The position numbers were made by a program, and so were the translations under genes. The notes beneath the pieces were generated by a model that was given only the letters and a program-made list of their open reading frames with translations, was not told the origin of the DNA and made no database searches. Shown one piece after another: positions 46,354 through 59,497 of a stretch of 64,000 nucleotides of DNA (position 1 is its first letter; each line of letters opens with the position of its first letter). The stretch is from Oopsacas minuta (Eukaryota; Animalia; Porifera): assembly GCA_024704765.1 (NCBI GenBank), contig JAKMXF010000277.1, forward strand, positions 434,001-498,000, written 5' to 3'.

Positions 46354-47907
46354 TCTTCCAAGCAAGAAATCTCGGGAGGTAATTTAATAGTGCTGATATT
46401 TCATCAAATATTATTTGATAAAAATGGTTCAAATACTTACACTCGTATTTTCCTCTGTAGTCAGTAGAATATTCGTTTGCATTATCTAAACACACAAATA
46501 TTTCAAATCTAGATGACTTTAAGGTAATCTTAAAACAAAATTTATCTTATCATTACTTTCATGACGCTATTACATCAGAAATTGCATGAGAACCTTTATC
46601 GTCATCATACACTTGCTCCTAGCACATCGTTGTTTTTGTCTCAAAGAATTTTCATTCGCTGATCCAGCAACCGAACAATTTAGTTGGACAACCTCTTGGT
46701 AGTATAAGCGTTGGGAAACTACACCCATGATTGGATGGAGTTGGGAATGCCTCTTCTGCTGTCTCTCTCCAAATTATTACAAGAACTAAAATTGTGACCT
46801 TCAACTTAGATCCATCTTTTCGCGCTATGTTCCAAATTATCTCTTTGTCGCAAGGTTGAATAGAGCTCAGTCCGTGCAAGTAACAATCCAATCAATTCAA
46901 TATACATAACTAATTACGGCCTTCATTATGAACCTGTGACATCAATATTGGACCGCCCTACTCGTACCTGTTGAATTAAATCTGATAACGTGTCTCCAGT
47001 TTAATGTATTCTTCCTTTACGAGAAACACTTAACCACCAATACATCAATCTAAAGTGTATTACGAGACTGGCAACGCAACTAATAATTCTTAGCCGAGAT
47101 CAAGCACTTTAAATGTAGGTTATAATTACGTAAAATCGTTAATCGGAAATGTATAATACGCGTAAAGTAACCGTAGGATAAGTTAAATTCCCCATTCATC
47201 ACAATTGCAGCAAATTGCAACTTTGGTGATTTTTAGTTGTTTTCGTTATTGTTGTGTGCAAGTTTAAGCAAGGATACTTCGGTAAATACATGACAAATTC
47301 CAGCTTATTGCCCATGATGTGCCAAAATATGATCGAAGCCTCGAGCATTTATCTATATTGAGTTACTGTAATTATTTATCACATGATGATAATTACGTTA
47401 CTTTGTGTGTCAATTACCAACGTTGTCGTAGGAATGGGATGGTAATGGGAATGAAATCACGTTCCTACGGCAAGTAGTGTTTTCTGTGGAATGACACGCT
47501 GAACCTTCAATTTCTCCATTGAACCAATGTGGCGATATAATCAAAAGGTCAAAATATTTTATAAAATAAATACCACCCGTGACATATACCAGAGAAATTC
47601 CGGATGGGAAGAAGTAATTATTTTTACATGGCCTTACACTCTATATTATTAAATCCCATTTGTTGTCTGCCTATCTGTTTGTCCTTTGTCAAGGAAAGGA
47701 TTTGTGGTATGCAGTTTTAGCATTATCGCACAACTATATATTTATCGTGTTTATTAAGGAAGTAAATAGAATTCAATAAAACTTCAGTAAATACATCAGA
47801 CATGCTGAATCCGATTCTAACACTCTTGGATTAATCATGTAATTTTATTGTTGTTTGTATGTATAAATAGTAAACAAATTAGCCAAATCTCAAAATATAC
47901 ATACAGG

Positions 47908-50900
47908 CGTGACCTACGTTATAATAAGGCCTGTTCACTAGTGCGATTTTTTGGACCATGGATGTCGTTTAAGTCCATTAAATTTTATTTCAAATAATCA
48001 TGTATTTGATGTTATTCACCCAAATCGTGAACTTAAAATTGTTCTTAAGCGATTTTGAAGACCATGGATGCATTTAAGTCCTTATTTTTACAATAAATGT
48101 TATAGTTAGAGAAAATTAACTAAAATGTGAATCCATGAGAGAAAATATTATTGGGTTTAATACTAAGCATATTTCAAATAGTGAGTGCATGATAATAGTA
48201 CAAAATAATAAAAGATACGTATATGAAAGTGGTATGTGATAAGTTAATTAGGCTCAATTTCTTTAATTTTCGAGTGTTTTCGACACACGGTTTCAAGGGT
48301 AGCTGGGAATTCATGTTCTTAGTCTTATTTGATATTAGACAGTTTGAAGTAGCGGTCAATAGTTTAGCTAATACATCCCACATGAGTGTACCGCATTCGC
48401 TACACATCACTCTCCATACTTCAGCTTGTTCATCTTCTATAAGAATTGTTGTTAACTGTATCAGGATTCTTCAAGAAGGACCGGTTATAAAGTTATTGAA
48501 TATGTTTGGTTGAAGCTCGATAGAAGAGAATACTTTCCATAGCGTAATAATTGCGTCTATGACATCACTACTTGGCCATTTTAGTGAGCCTCGGTCGATT
48601 ATCTGAATTAATCGATATTCAGAATCTGAAGGTTCTTCAATTTCCATTTCTTTGTTTTCAGTGAGGAATAAGAGACATGATTGACATTTAGTAGAATGTT
48701 TGTAATAGGCATGCACTGAGTAGCCTGCTGTAAAGGAGAGTGTTTAGAGTATTTGCTTGTTCAATTCTATCCCTGAATATCCCTGAATCGCCGGGAGATA
48801 CATCCCTAAGCTGAAAGACGCATGGGAGTCTTGGTCACAAGAGGATGAGCACGATTCTAAGAAGTTCTTAAGTGATACGCTATCTTCTACAGGCTTTTTC
48901 GAAAATAATTTGAGTATGCTGGACAACTTTATTCTCCGTTCTGTTTCAAGGACCTGGCAATAGCTAATGTGGTATTGTGCTCCTGACATCATCCTATACA
49001 AGCCAAAATGATGCTCAAGTGGATCATTTTGCAAGAACGAAGAAAGGACGTACGAATAGCCACAATTTCCAGTCAGATGGTTCACAATGCATGGGAGTGC
49101 AATACAAGAGTGACGGAAACTTGTAAAGGTTTGAGGACTTAATTTACCTCTTTTGTCAGGCATGACTCGCCAACATTCAGCCCAATCAACTACACGTTGA
49201 AGGAACATAAATCTGGTATCATTGTAGGCAAGTGGAACTGAAAATTCATCTTTGTGAAGGATACCCTTGTTCGGAGTATTGATGTTGAATATCTTCCAAA
49301 CATTACAAATAATGGCGATAATGTCTGCAGTCTGTGAATTTGTAGAAGTGTGGTATCGCGATTGGTGGCTAACGTTTAATGCAGCGGCTGTAGATTCATC
49401 AAATATCCTTAAAGCTAAAGAAACATTTTGTCGTTCTAAAGTGGAAGGCCAACCACCTTTAGAGGTTAATCTTGGAGCTAATTTAGCAACAGAGTGTTGG
49501 TCACTTTTATATAATTTGCGAATTTCTTCGAAAATTGCAGTACTCGCAACTTGTATGTTCTCAAAAATCTGGATAAGTGAATGTTTTATTATAATCTATT
49601 TAGTTTAGGCAGTTATTACGTATCGATTTGATTATGTGAACGAAGTCAAAAAGCAAAAACAATGGCCGGTTTGAGTCCATAGGGTGAGGAACAATATGCT
49701 CTAGAAGTCGGCTTGGAGAAAATAACTTGAAAATGTTAACGTTCAATGGGTAATTATCAGTACATAAAATGTGTACAGAGAGTCCACATGCTTCAACATC
49801 ACGAATAACATCTTTGATGATAGGAAAGAGTACCTCAGCAGATGAGCTGGAACAGGGCAGTAAATGGACAATACTGGACCATCGTTTGGACAAACTTGAT
49901 ATCATGAAGGCAAAAACGGTTTTTGCAGGATCAGTAGAATTCAAAGAAGATCCAATTATCTTACCTCCTTTGTATGTAAATGTGGATATTACATGAATTT
50001 CATCCATCTGAATCATTACATTTCGTTCCCATTTGTTAAACTGAGTGACTGATTGTTTGAGATAATTGGTAAACTCAGAATCCAAACCAAAATTGGAATA
50101 TAAGCGCTTTAGAATAGAAAGGTGTGGCAATGATAGACAGTCCAGGGATTGAAGATATCTATAACAAACTGGCGAGATAAGCTGGCATTTGAGGGACAAG
50201 ACAAGAGTTTCGATGTTGTATTGCCTCATAGTTTTCGCGATCAAAGGTTATCAAATTGGCATAGAATAAACTGAAGACTTGATAATAGAGGCTGTTGGTT
50301 TCCAGATTCTTCTCCAGTTGAAAGGGAGTCAATAGCTTTACGAATGCTTCCGGTTGCTTCTCTGACATGGTGTTGGAGTGTTTCAGGAGAATTAGTAGGG
50401 GCAGAATGGTTTTCAATTTCTTTAAGCAAATCGTTAAGCTGACGAATATCATTTATCTGAGTGAGGGAAAGAGGAATGCGTATACCTTCGTAGAAACCCA
50501 TAGTATGTAATGTTTCGGTAATAGTTAACGAGCATCGAATTGCAATCAAACTGTTTCGTTATAGAAGGGTTGAGTAAATTAAAGGAATTATCATCAGAAG
50601 GCCAAACTAACCAATGATTAGGCAAGCCCGAGTGCTTCGTTTTGGATACCAAGGCTTCCAGTGTGGCATTCGGAAAAGTTCTTTGTCTTGGTTATACTGT
50701 AATAGACTCATTTATTGCAGTATCAATCAAATGCTGATCTCTCAAAGATCTATCAAATCTCGGAGGTATGGTGTCAGATGACGAAGAGAGATGAAGTGGA
50801 CATCTAGGTAGAAAGCTTGGCACTGCATCCTTCTGCAATTTAGGCTTAGCTGGTACTTCTAAGTATGTTCAATCTGGTTGATGGATAGAAAAACTGGTCT

Positions 50901-51525
50901 GAATTTCTTCATCGAGGAAATGTTTTGAGCACATAAACACATTCTTTAAGTCTCTGATACCTTCTCTACAGAGCGCTCGAAGCCAACGATTGACAAGATC
51001 AGGTGGACCATTTGGCAGCTTAAATACTGGAGTATAAGGTTCTCCTGCGTAATTACTCCGACATCCGGGGGCAGAACACCTGTTGGGCATGACAAGCTAA
51101 TTGAAAGTATAAAAAAGGAGAAATCGAGAGGTATATTAAAGAAATGCACATAACTGATAGAACAGAGTGGAGAAGCGGCATTACAGAGATAAAAGCTAAG
51201 TTGTTTAAACAACTTAGGATAAAAGTACAAGAGGACAAGTTCAACGGGTGGTGAGTACGTAAATGCATTGTCTCAATAAATTGAGTGTGAGAAAAAGGTT
51301 GATTTATAAATTAATATAAATATTATGGGTTTCTAAGAAATACTTTTTACAAGCCTTCAACGACATCCATGGTCTTTAAAATCGCCTAAGAACAATTTTA
51401 AGTTCACGATTTGGGTGAATACCATCAAATACATGATTATTGGAGTAAAATTTAATGGACTTAAACGATAACCATGGTCCAAAAAATCACACTAGCGAAC
51501 AGGCCTTATTATAACGTAGGTCACG
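47908..51525 (-). mobile_element. THAP-domain P/Galileo-like transposon, 3618 bp
   Basis: ~170-bp TIRs beginning CGTGACCTACGTTATAATAAGGCC. Perfect 7-bp TSD ATACAGG at 47901-47907 and 51526-51532. An empty-site equivalent is visible in the host repeat at ~32670-32700 (reverse strand). Confidence 0.92.
48471..51090 (-). pseudogene. THAP9/P-type transposase pseudogene
   Basis: THAP MPNRCSAPGC..W..CSKHF, then IQMDEIH, CTDNYP, LFDFVHIIKSIRNN, LQNDPLEHHFG..RMMSG. Split over several frames. Confidence 0.9.
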
Positions 51526-53586
51526 ATACAGGCTTGCTCTAAACGGCTACCCAGAGTTAAGTAAGTAGCCTGAATCCGAATTTCACATTTTCAAGTTTCA
51601 TATATGTATTTATTATTGTTGTTTTTATAAATATAAAGTAAACAAATTTCAAAATTGAGGTAGAATCATACTTTCGATGGTTATATCTGGGTTATCGGGT
51701 ATCTAAGTCTGAATGTTGTAAACAACATCAATATTATTAAATCTCAATTGTTGTTTGTCTGTTTTTGTCCATTGAATACCTCGAGGCGGAATGCGGCGAG
51801 TTCATCGCGCAGCGACGAGCCAAAGGCTCTTATAATTGTAAATTCAGCTTATCTAATTTATACTTTGTACGATGAAATTACATATCTACCCTCTCCAATC
51901 AGCAATCATCTTTAATTCAAGAAGATATGAAAATGAAATACAAAATGGTCCAAAAGCAATAACATTTAGTAATCAGAATGCTGGAGGAGAGTTGTGAAAT
52001 TTTAGTAAAAAATGTACAAAACGATGCACCCTGTTACTCATATCCCTGCTTCTACGATCCTAGTTAGCAAGCCCGATCAATATACTATTCACTGATAAAA
52101 ACATTATATGTGTTTATATCGAATCAACATGGAAGATATTCAAGTGTGATTTCTAGCATAAATCAGCTTTACGGAAGTACTAATTCTGGACACGGTATGT
52201 ATCAATTGTAGAATTCCCATCTTTCGGGGGTTCTATATTATTTAATATCAAACAAATTTTGTAGAAATTGCCAACAAGCATAACCACTATCTTGGATTTC
52301 ATGATAATAGGCTGATTGGTTATATGCGCGGAATCAAGCACGTGGACTTTACAATGAATAATAGCACTTGCAGCTAGTGGGAGATCCATGAGTTTCTGAT
52401 GGGGACGATAACCATCCAGTAGGGGGTCTTGGTCGTTGTGAGCCTCTTAGCTGGGTGGCTATATGCGACAAGCTAGAGTTGCACATTGGTTACCTTTCTA
52501 ACGTCACATACGTATCTTAGAATCTTAAAATCATTATTCTGAAGTTCATAATTCACATTTCGTTGGGAAACCCTCAATTAACTGTGTGGATTGTGTCCGT
52601 ATATGAATGATGAATCTGTGAATAAATATGCCACTATAATATTCGGAGAGATATGGCATACTATGTTTGAAATCTGGAATAGAGAAAATGATTTATAAGG
52701 TAATAATATTTATTTATACGGTTACAGCCCAGGGCCCTCCATATGTAGGTCAAGTATTCATTGGAGTTATACCAAATATAATATAAGATTAGGGGTAAGA
52801 TGCGAGCAAAGTGAGTAGAAATTTGAGCACATAATGTAATGATTTATTACCACAATAATTCCAGAGGATATAACCCTGTGTGCCAAAAATCAGCCCTGGG
52901 AGTTTCCAGTTCCTTCAATCAATTCTGGACATACAAACATATATATAAATATATATACACACACATATACACATATATACACACATACATATACTATATA
53001 GACAGATTAATCGCGTTTTAATAGTATAGATTATATCTTCGTGGGGTACGCCCATGGATCCTCCACTGTTTGTAGCTTGTGTGTATAGTGTAGTGGGTAA
53101 TAAAGTTTATTGCAAAGGTATTATTATGATCCCTGGACAAGCAGACCTCATAGCCACAACACTGACTCAGTGCATAAGTATCCAAAATGATAAGTTCCAA
53201 ATTCCAGGACCTAAATCTCTTATAAATATAAACATATATACAATTGAAATGTCATCCTCAAATCAATTACAAATGATGAAAAAGTTTAAAAATCTTAAAA
53301 ACCAATTGTTATGTCTATTATGAGATTGACATCAAATATTCAAACCGATTTGTGATATTCAGAAAGAAAAGTTGATTGTATCCTTTGGAAAGATTGTTAA
53401 AAATGTACAAAGTTCAAAGCGATGAATATAATATGTACAATCAAAAATTTTAAGATATCAGAGATTTCATTAAGGAACTCAGATGTGCCTTTGGGTAATA
53501 GAATAGATGATTTGGAATTTAAGACTTTATGGAGATAATTATCAAATACAATAGCCTATCCTCAAATAGTAAGAAACGATCAATAA

Positions 53587-54095
53587 CTACTTCTTAGAGT
53601 AAATCTTTGAGGTCTTACTATCTAATTTAACAATTTCATTTGGTATCACATTTGGCTCCAGTTTTAGTAGATTGTACAAAGTAGCTGTGGTATTCACAAA
53701 GTGAAGTTTCTGCCAAAACTTTTTACTTATGAACGGTTTAGAAATTTTTAAAGTAGTTCTTATCCAAGATGACGGATTAACTATATATAAAGAAGTAAGG
53801 CTCTTTTTCATACGTTCATTGATAATTTCGTAGAACTGTTTAATCCAAGGATAGGACGGTAATTGATGCTGTTGCACACCTGAATGAATATATATAAGGA
53901 TATAGTGATCGAATATGAGACTGTCTAACATGGAAATAACATATAGAAAGATCTCTTTCAAAAGTTCTGGATAAAGTTTTTCGGTTTTGAGAGGTAGATA
54001 TTTTCCAAATATAAGTACAACTGGCAATCTAGTTCTGTCTTGGATATATCCCCCATGTTGAAATATTCTAGTATAGTTTTCAATTAGTTCCATAT
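53587..54095 (-). CDS. Terminal exon of a BCH / CRAL-TRIO_2 domain protein (BNIP2/caytaxin/PRUNE2 family)
   Basis: DMELIENYTRIFQHGGY, LYIVNPSSW, ISKPFISKKFWQKLHFV. Acceptor ttctcctatttag, stop TAG at 53587-53589. Upstream exons not located; the ATG at 54093 could alternatively be the start. Confidence 0.8.
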
Positions 54096-55025
54096 CTAAA
54101 TAGGAGAAAATATGAACCACAATAAATGAGCATGTGCAAAGGATGCAAATAGCGTTGCAATCATTATTTCTAATTGTATATATATTCATACAAGCAAGCT
54201 ATGCTTACTTGCGCTAACTGGCTCGCGAACACTTCGTGTCCACAATACACCAATCGGTGTCAATATAAATAGTTCCGCTATATACAAATTTATCTAATAG
54301 GCTAAGGTATCGACATCAGGGGCAGGCTTAGTTTAGTGGTTGCCCAGGTCTGGGTCGAAATGGGTTAGTGTATATTATTACAACATCCGTTGTCCCGACA
54401 CAAAGTAATATTCCTAGGCCTTGCTCGCTCCTGGTCAGCACATATTGTATTCGTAGAATTTTCATCGCTCCGTTAGGAACTTCGGATAGAAAATTCAGAA
54501 ATAATTAATGCAAGATTTAATATGCATGTCCAGAATACAACGAATATTTTTTCCAGTATAGTTGACTATATTTCATTAATAGAAGCGGGTAGTGGTGGAG
54601 ATTTTAGCGTGAAAAATTCCAAAGTACGTATTTATGAATCGAGGTATTGAATTACAAACATTCAGCGATCCATTGTCAGTTCGAAAACGAATATTCATAT
54701 CGTATTCACTAGCGTGCTTCGCTTGCTAGGTCGCCACGCGACAGGCGGTAGTATACTTACCAATTCCTCCCCCGGATTTAGCTTATGTACACATTGGGTA
54801 TCTCTTAGTGCTTTTGGTTGGAACGCGATGGGATATACTCAGCACTAAGTGGATGTGGTCATGATATAAATTCGCTTTGCTTACTCGCGCTGAGCGGCTT
54901 GCGAGCACTTTTCGGATTCAGTGTAAACTGTTACCCCATTGTAAAATTAAGAGCAAGTCTCTACGTATGTTTGAAGCTTTCCATTATTCGTGTACTGTAT
55001 ACGCATAAAAACAACAAATAAATTT

Positions 55026-55496
55026 GGAGCGCATTCACTAGTCAGAATCATTTTACGACTGTTGTTACAAGTCAGAATCGATTTTCAGACTGTTCTCACA
55101 AGTTAAAAACAAAACATCCATCGATCCGCCATTTTGCAAACTTTTCTAATAATTAGTCCAACCAAAGTCCATTCAAACACAAATTCTCACGAAGTCCACA
55201 TCCCCGCGCCTAGGTAGCTTAATAACGAGTAAAATGAAAACTCCCAGATCCATAAGGTAGTGAACTAAATCCTTAATCCCATCCCAATGGTACGGGTTTA
55301 TAATTAATACAACAAAAAGTTTTTTCCGGGCCTCGTTTTGCCACGCGACATGTCGGAAACGTAGATTCTGACTTGTGACAACAGTCTGAAAATCGATTCT
55401 GACTTGTAACAACAGTCGGAAAATGATTCTGACTTGTGACAACTAAGGATATTCTGACTAATGATAACTTCGAAATTCTGACTAGCACAACTTCCC
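55026..55496. mobile_element. MULE-type foldback element (copy C)
   Basis: Same core as copies A and B, ~26-bp TTGTnACAAGTCAGAATC arm units. 9-bp flanks AATAAATTT / CATAAAGTT (7/9). Confidence 0.65.
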
Positions 55497-57635
55497 CATA
55501 AAGTTACATGTGAACTTGAAAATATGAAATTCTGATTCAGCGTACTTTATTACCCCATTGTAGCTGTTAAGAGTAAGCCTGTACGTATATTTTAAGATTT
55601 CAAATAGTTGTTTACTTTATGTTCACAAAACAACAATATATGTACATATGAAAACTTGAAAATGCGAAATTCGGATTCAGCGTGCTTAATTACTCTATAT
55701 TCCTGTTGAGAGCAATTCTCTAAGTATATTTCGAGATTTCAACTATTTGTTTACTTTAATAAAAACAATAAATATACATATGACTACTTCAAAAGTGTGA
55801 AAATCAGATTCAGCATAATCGATATGCTTAGTCAAATTTTGTTTAATTCTGTTTACTTTCTTGATAAACTTGATAAATGCGTAGTTATGCAACATCTCAG
55901 AATTGAGAAATTCGACTTCAATATAGGATTCCATAAATCCTTTGCTTGACAACGAACAAACAAACAGACAATTGCAATTAAATAATATAAATTCCTGGAT
56001 CTTTGCTATTTTCTAAAACAAGTTTTATTGATGAGTGTTATCATTTCATTCACGTCACTACAAGTACTTATAGCAATAGCATTGTTAGGTCTAGTTCAAT
56101 GTTAGTTTTGTGGTTAGTTGTGACGCAACCTGGTTATAATTTAAATTACCTAATGTTTGGCAAAAATTGTGTGTTAAAGTGAAGAGATTTGGAGCATTGT
56201 CGTTAGTTGGGTATTGTAAGTTTGTAACAAAGTAAGGAATTTAATACTCATGGTATTACCAACTTACAGAAACTATACTCAAAACCTTGTAGGTATTGAA
56301 AGTTAGTTAGGGAACCCATTCCCCTTCCCCAGGTTCACAGTCTTAAGTGTAAATTAGAGTCTGAACAAGTTGTGGATACATTGTTAGAGGTTAGTTCTGA
56401 AGTAGAAATTCTAAGTTGGGAATCTAGAGAATTTTATCTCGAAATCACTGAAAGGGATAGATTGTGTATTATTGATTCAAACCATAGAATGTTATTTTTC
56501 AAAAGTTTGAACAATGCATTATTAAGTTCCATAATGAATCAATGTGTGTTTGGAAGTTTGACTATTATCGGTTGAAAGGGTGATATCTCTAAAATAAACA
56601 GTCCTTTCTTTTGATGTGAGTGTAAATTCCCCAGTTGTAGAACATACGTATTAGATATTAGGAAGATAGTTTTCCAAATATTCATTGGATACAAGATTTA
56701 TTCAGAGGGACCAATTTCATCTCAGTAAAATAGACAATTGTTAGATGATAATAATTCTAACAAAACTGGAGGATGTTTTATGGCAAATTGACATATTTAA
56801 AATCCGCTGAATATTTAAGGGAAGTTAAATCTGAAATGAATTTTTGATAGCAGGTGTCCAAATTTACACACGTAAGATGTAGTAGCTATTCAATAGTACT
56901 TCCGCCATCGACTCCTGCTTCCCCTATTCCAGGTTATGTTCAGTACGTTGTACAAGATTCCTATGTGAAAGTTATGTTAGAGTAACTCTAACATAGCTTG
57001 CAGGGTAGACGTACTCTCACCTCTTCGTGGTTACCCGGATCAATTAGATAATGTTATTAAGCGGAGTTGACTGTACATAATTTTGGATTGCTAAGTTTGT
57101 CATGAATGTTTTAGAAGTTGTAAGGAATATATCATAAAATATACAGTAAAACCATGCCTTCTAAGTTACCGATTTCAAAAAGGGAGGAAAACGATTGAGT
57201 TTCAGCATTTTGTATAGTTTATGAACGAATAACAAATCAAGTAGTAAAAATTGACAAGTAGGTACTGTGAAAATTGATGTGGGAGTCGAATTGTGGAACA
57301 TATGTACATGTACACTTAGCGTGAAGCATCATTAATAACAAAATACAATTTTATTTAGTGAATATATATTTTGCCTGGCCAAAAATTTGGAATCAAAAGC
57401 CGATACATGTGGTTAATTACTAAGTTGATTCGGCATTTTGGACCATGGATATCTATAACATATAGTTTGCTGTGGTTGCTTGATAGAAAATGTCCAATAA
57501 AGTAATAGTAAAATTGGCTCTGTGTATATAACATTCATTAAATTGGAAGACAACACCTAGAGGCAAACAAAACTACTCATTCCTGAAAGTATGATTTCTG
57601 AAAGAACTTTTTATATATGCTACATTCCCAGTCCT

Positions 57636-58207
57636 TAAACCATTTTATCAGTGTGTTTAATCCTTGACAGTTGTATGTAATGACAAAGGCGAATAGTGAA
57701 TTTGAGAAAATTGTTGGTATGAATGGAATTTGAACACATTCCTGTGTTTCTAAGGAAATGTGTTTCTGTTTGTTGAGGCTATAACTAAAAAACTATGAGT
57801 CTTATGACTCTAAACTTAAACCAGTAGTTCCGCCATAGTCAGCTTCCAATTCACTAATAAGATAGTTCATTTACTTTTTGCTTACACTTTTTGAAATATT
57901 TTGAATACTCTATAGATGGCAACCATTTCCAAATATGAGAGATTTCAAAATATCTCAAAAAGTATCAACAAAAAGCAAATAAACTATATTAGTGAATAGG
58001 AAGTTGACTATTACATACTGGTATAAAATTAAGAGCCATAGCACTCATAGTTTTAGAGTTATAGCCTCAACAAAAGAAACACATTTACTTAGCAATAGAG
58101 AAATCTGTTCACGTTCCATTAATACCAACTATTGTTTTCAAATTAACTATTCGCCTTTGTCATTACATACAACTGTCAAGGACTGAAAACACTGACAAAA
58201 TGGTTTA
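57636..58207. repeat. ~570-bp imperfect palindrome (foldback) with almost no spacer
   Basis: The arms align throughout, e.g. TTGACAGTTGTATGTAATGACAAAGGCGAATAG with CTATTCGCCTTTGTCATTACATACAACTGTCAA. Centre ~57920. Confidence 0.85.
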
Positions 58208-59384
58208 TACACAGCTTGAAGAGCAACAATTTTCTCTCTAAATTTAGCTTTCGTGAGACCGCATGATGGGATATTATATTTTAGGTTATTAAAATGCATG
58301 CTTTGATACCATATTCATATATGTCAGGAATACATACACAAGTACATGCATGTGCACAAATCTTTATTATAGTACATCACAATACATATTCAAACTTCAA
58401 AGTATAGATATTATAAACAAAAAATAAAAATATATTCACGTACTCAAGGCGTTCGAATAAACAGGAGGTTGGAAAAGTTAAATATGATAGCTATCTACAT
58501 TAGGTCATATACAAATGTATAATAAGAAGAGGAAAGTAGCCGAACAACGAATAAAGACGAGAGGCCAGATTATAAATCTCATAAATGTTAAATTAACTCT
58601 GCAGAGTTTGCGAATTAAACATATATTGGATAAAAATTTAAGGAATCACTCAAGACAACCTAAAAATTTCAAATGACTATCATTCATCCTCGCTTAGGCG
58701 AATTCAAATCATAACATCATTTCATTCATACTTCTTAAATAATCAGTACATTGTCTTTATAATCGATTTCTAATAACTATATAAATTTCATGTCCATGGC
58801 ATAAATTGAGAAATTTATCTTACAATAAGCTTTCATTAAACATGGATATTTCTTGAGTTGAAAGTGAACGAAGAATGTAAAACAATGCTAGCATAAACTA
58901 GATAAAAAAGTAGTATATGAATAGATGTACTATATACGTATGTTACCGTCCAAATTGAGTATCCGCCAAATTGAGTACTTGGCACCGCCAAATTAAGTAA
59001 GGTTATTCGTATGCAAAATTTAAGATTAAATGTTATGGTTACTAAAAAAGCAATATTTTATAATTTTAAAGATATGTTTTGTGGTCTGCTAAAATAAATG
59101 AATGATGTATCTAGATTCATACCACGACTATTATCATTCAATTGACTTGAAAAAAGTATTTGCATGGTTTAATACAATTAATATCTAAATATACACACAA
59201 ATACTATAAAAATCATAACATAGTAAGAAATAATGTAGTAAATGTACTTCTAGAAACTCTATTAGTTTTCAGTGAATTGTCCAGGATAGTTGACCAGTTG
59301 ATAATAAGGTTAGGCGACGAGTTGATTGAGGTGGTTATGAAAAAACCCTGTTTTAACATTACTATATGTTCTCGTATACGGTAG

Positions 59385-59497
59385 AGTGTCTGTGACCCTT
59401 CGAGTTGCATTTAACCCGCTTCCGTTTGCACTGGCAAGTCTTAGTCCGGCAGCTGTCTTACATTGGCATGAGACGCACGATGTAGCCCCTGGCTCTA
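59385..59497 (-). pseudogene. C-terminal Cys-rich tail of a KRBA2/Ginger-like integrase
   Basis: Frameshifted QGY..CQCKT-SCRTKTCQCKRKRVKCNSK.H. This resembles the Cys/His-rich tail I recall from KRBA2/SCAND3-like integrase elements. Confidence 0.5.

Noticed and set aside
46652-46891. 79-aa minus-strand ORF next to the Gypsy relic
   Set aside because: No recognisable domain, and no LTR or splice support found.
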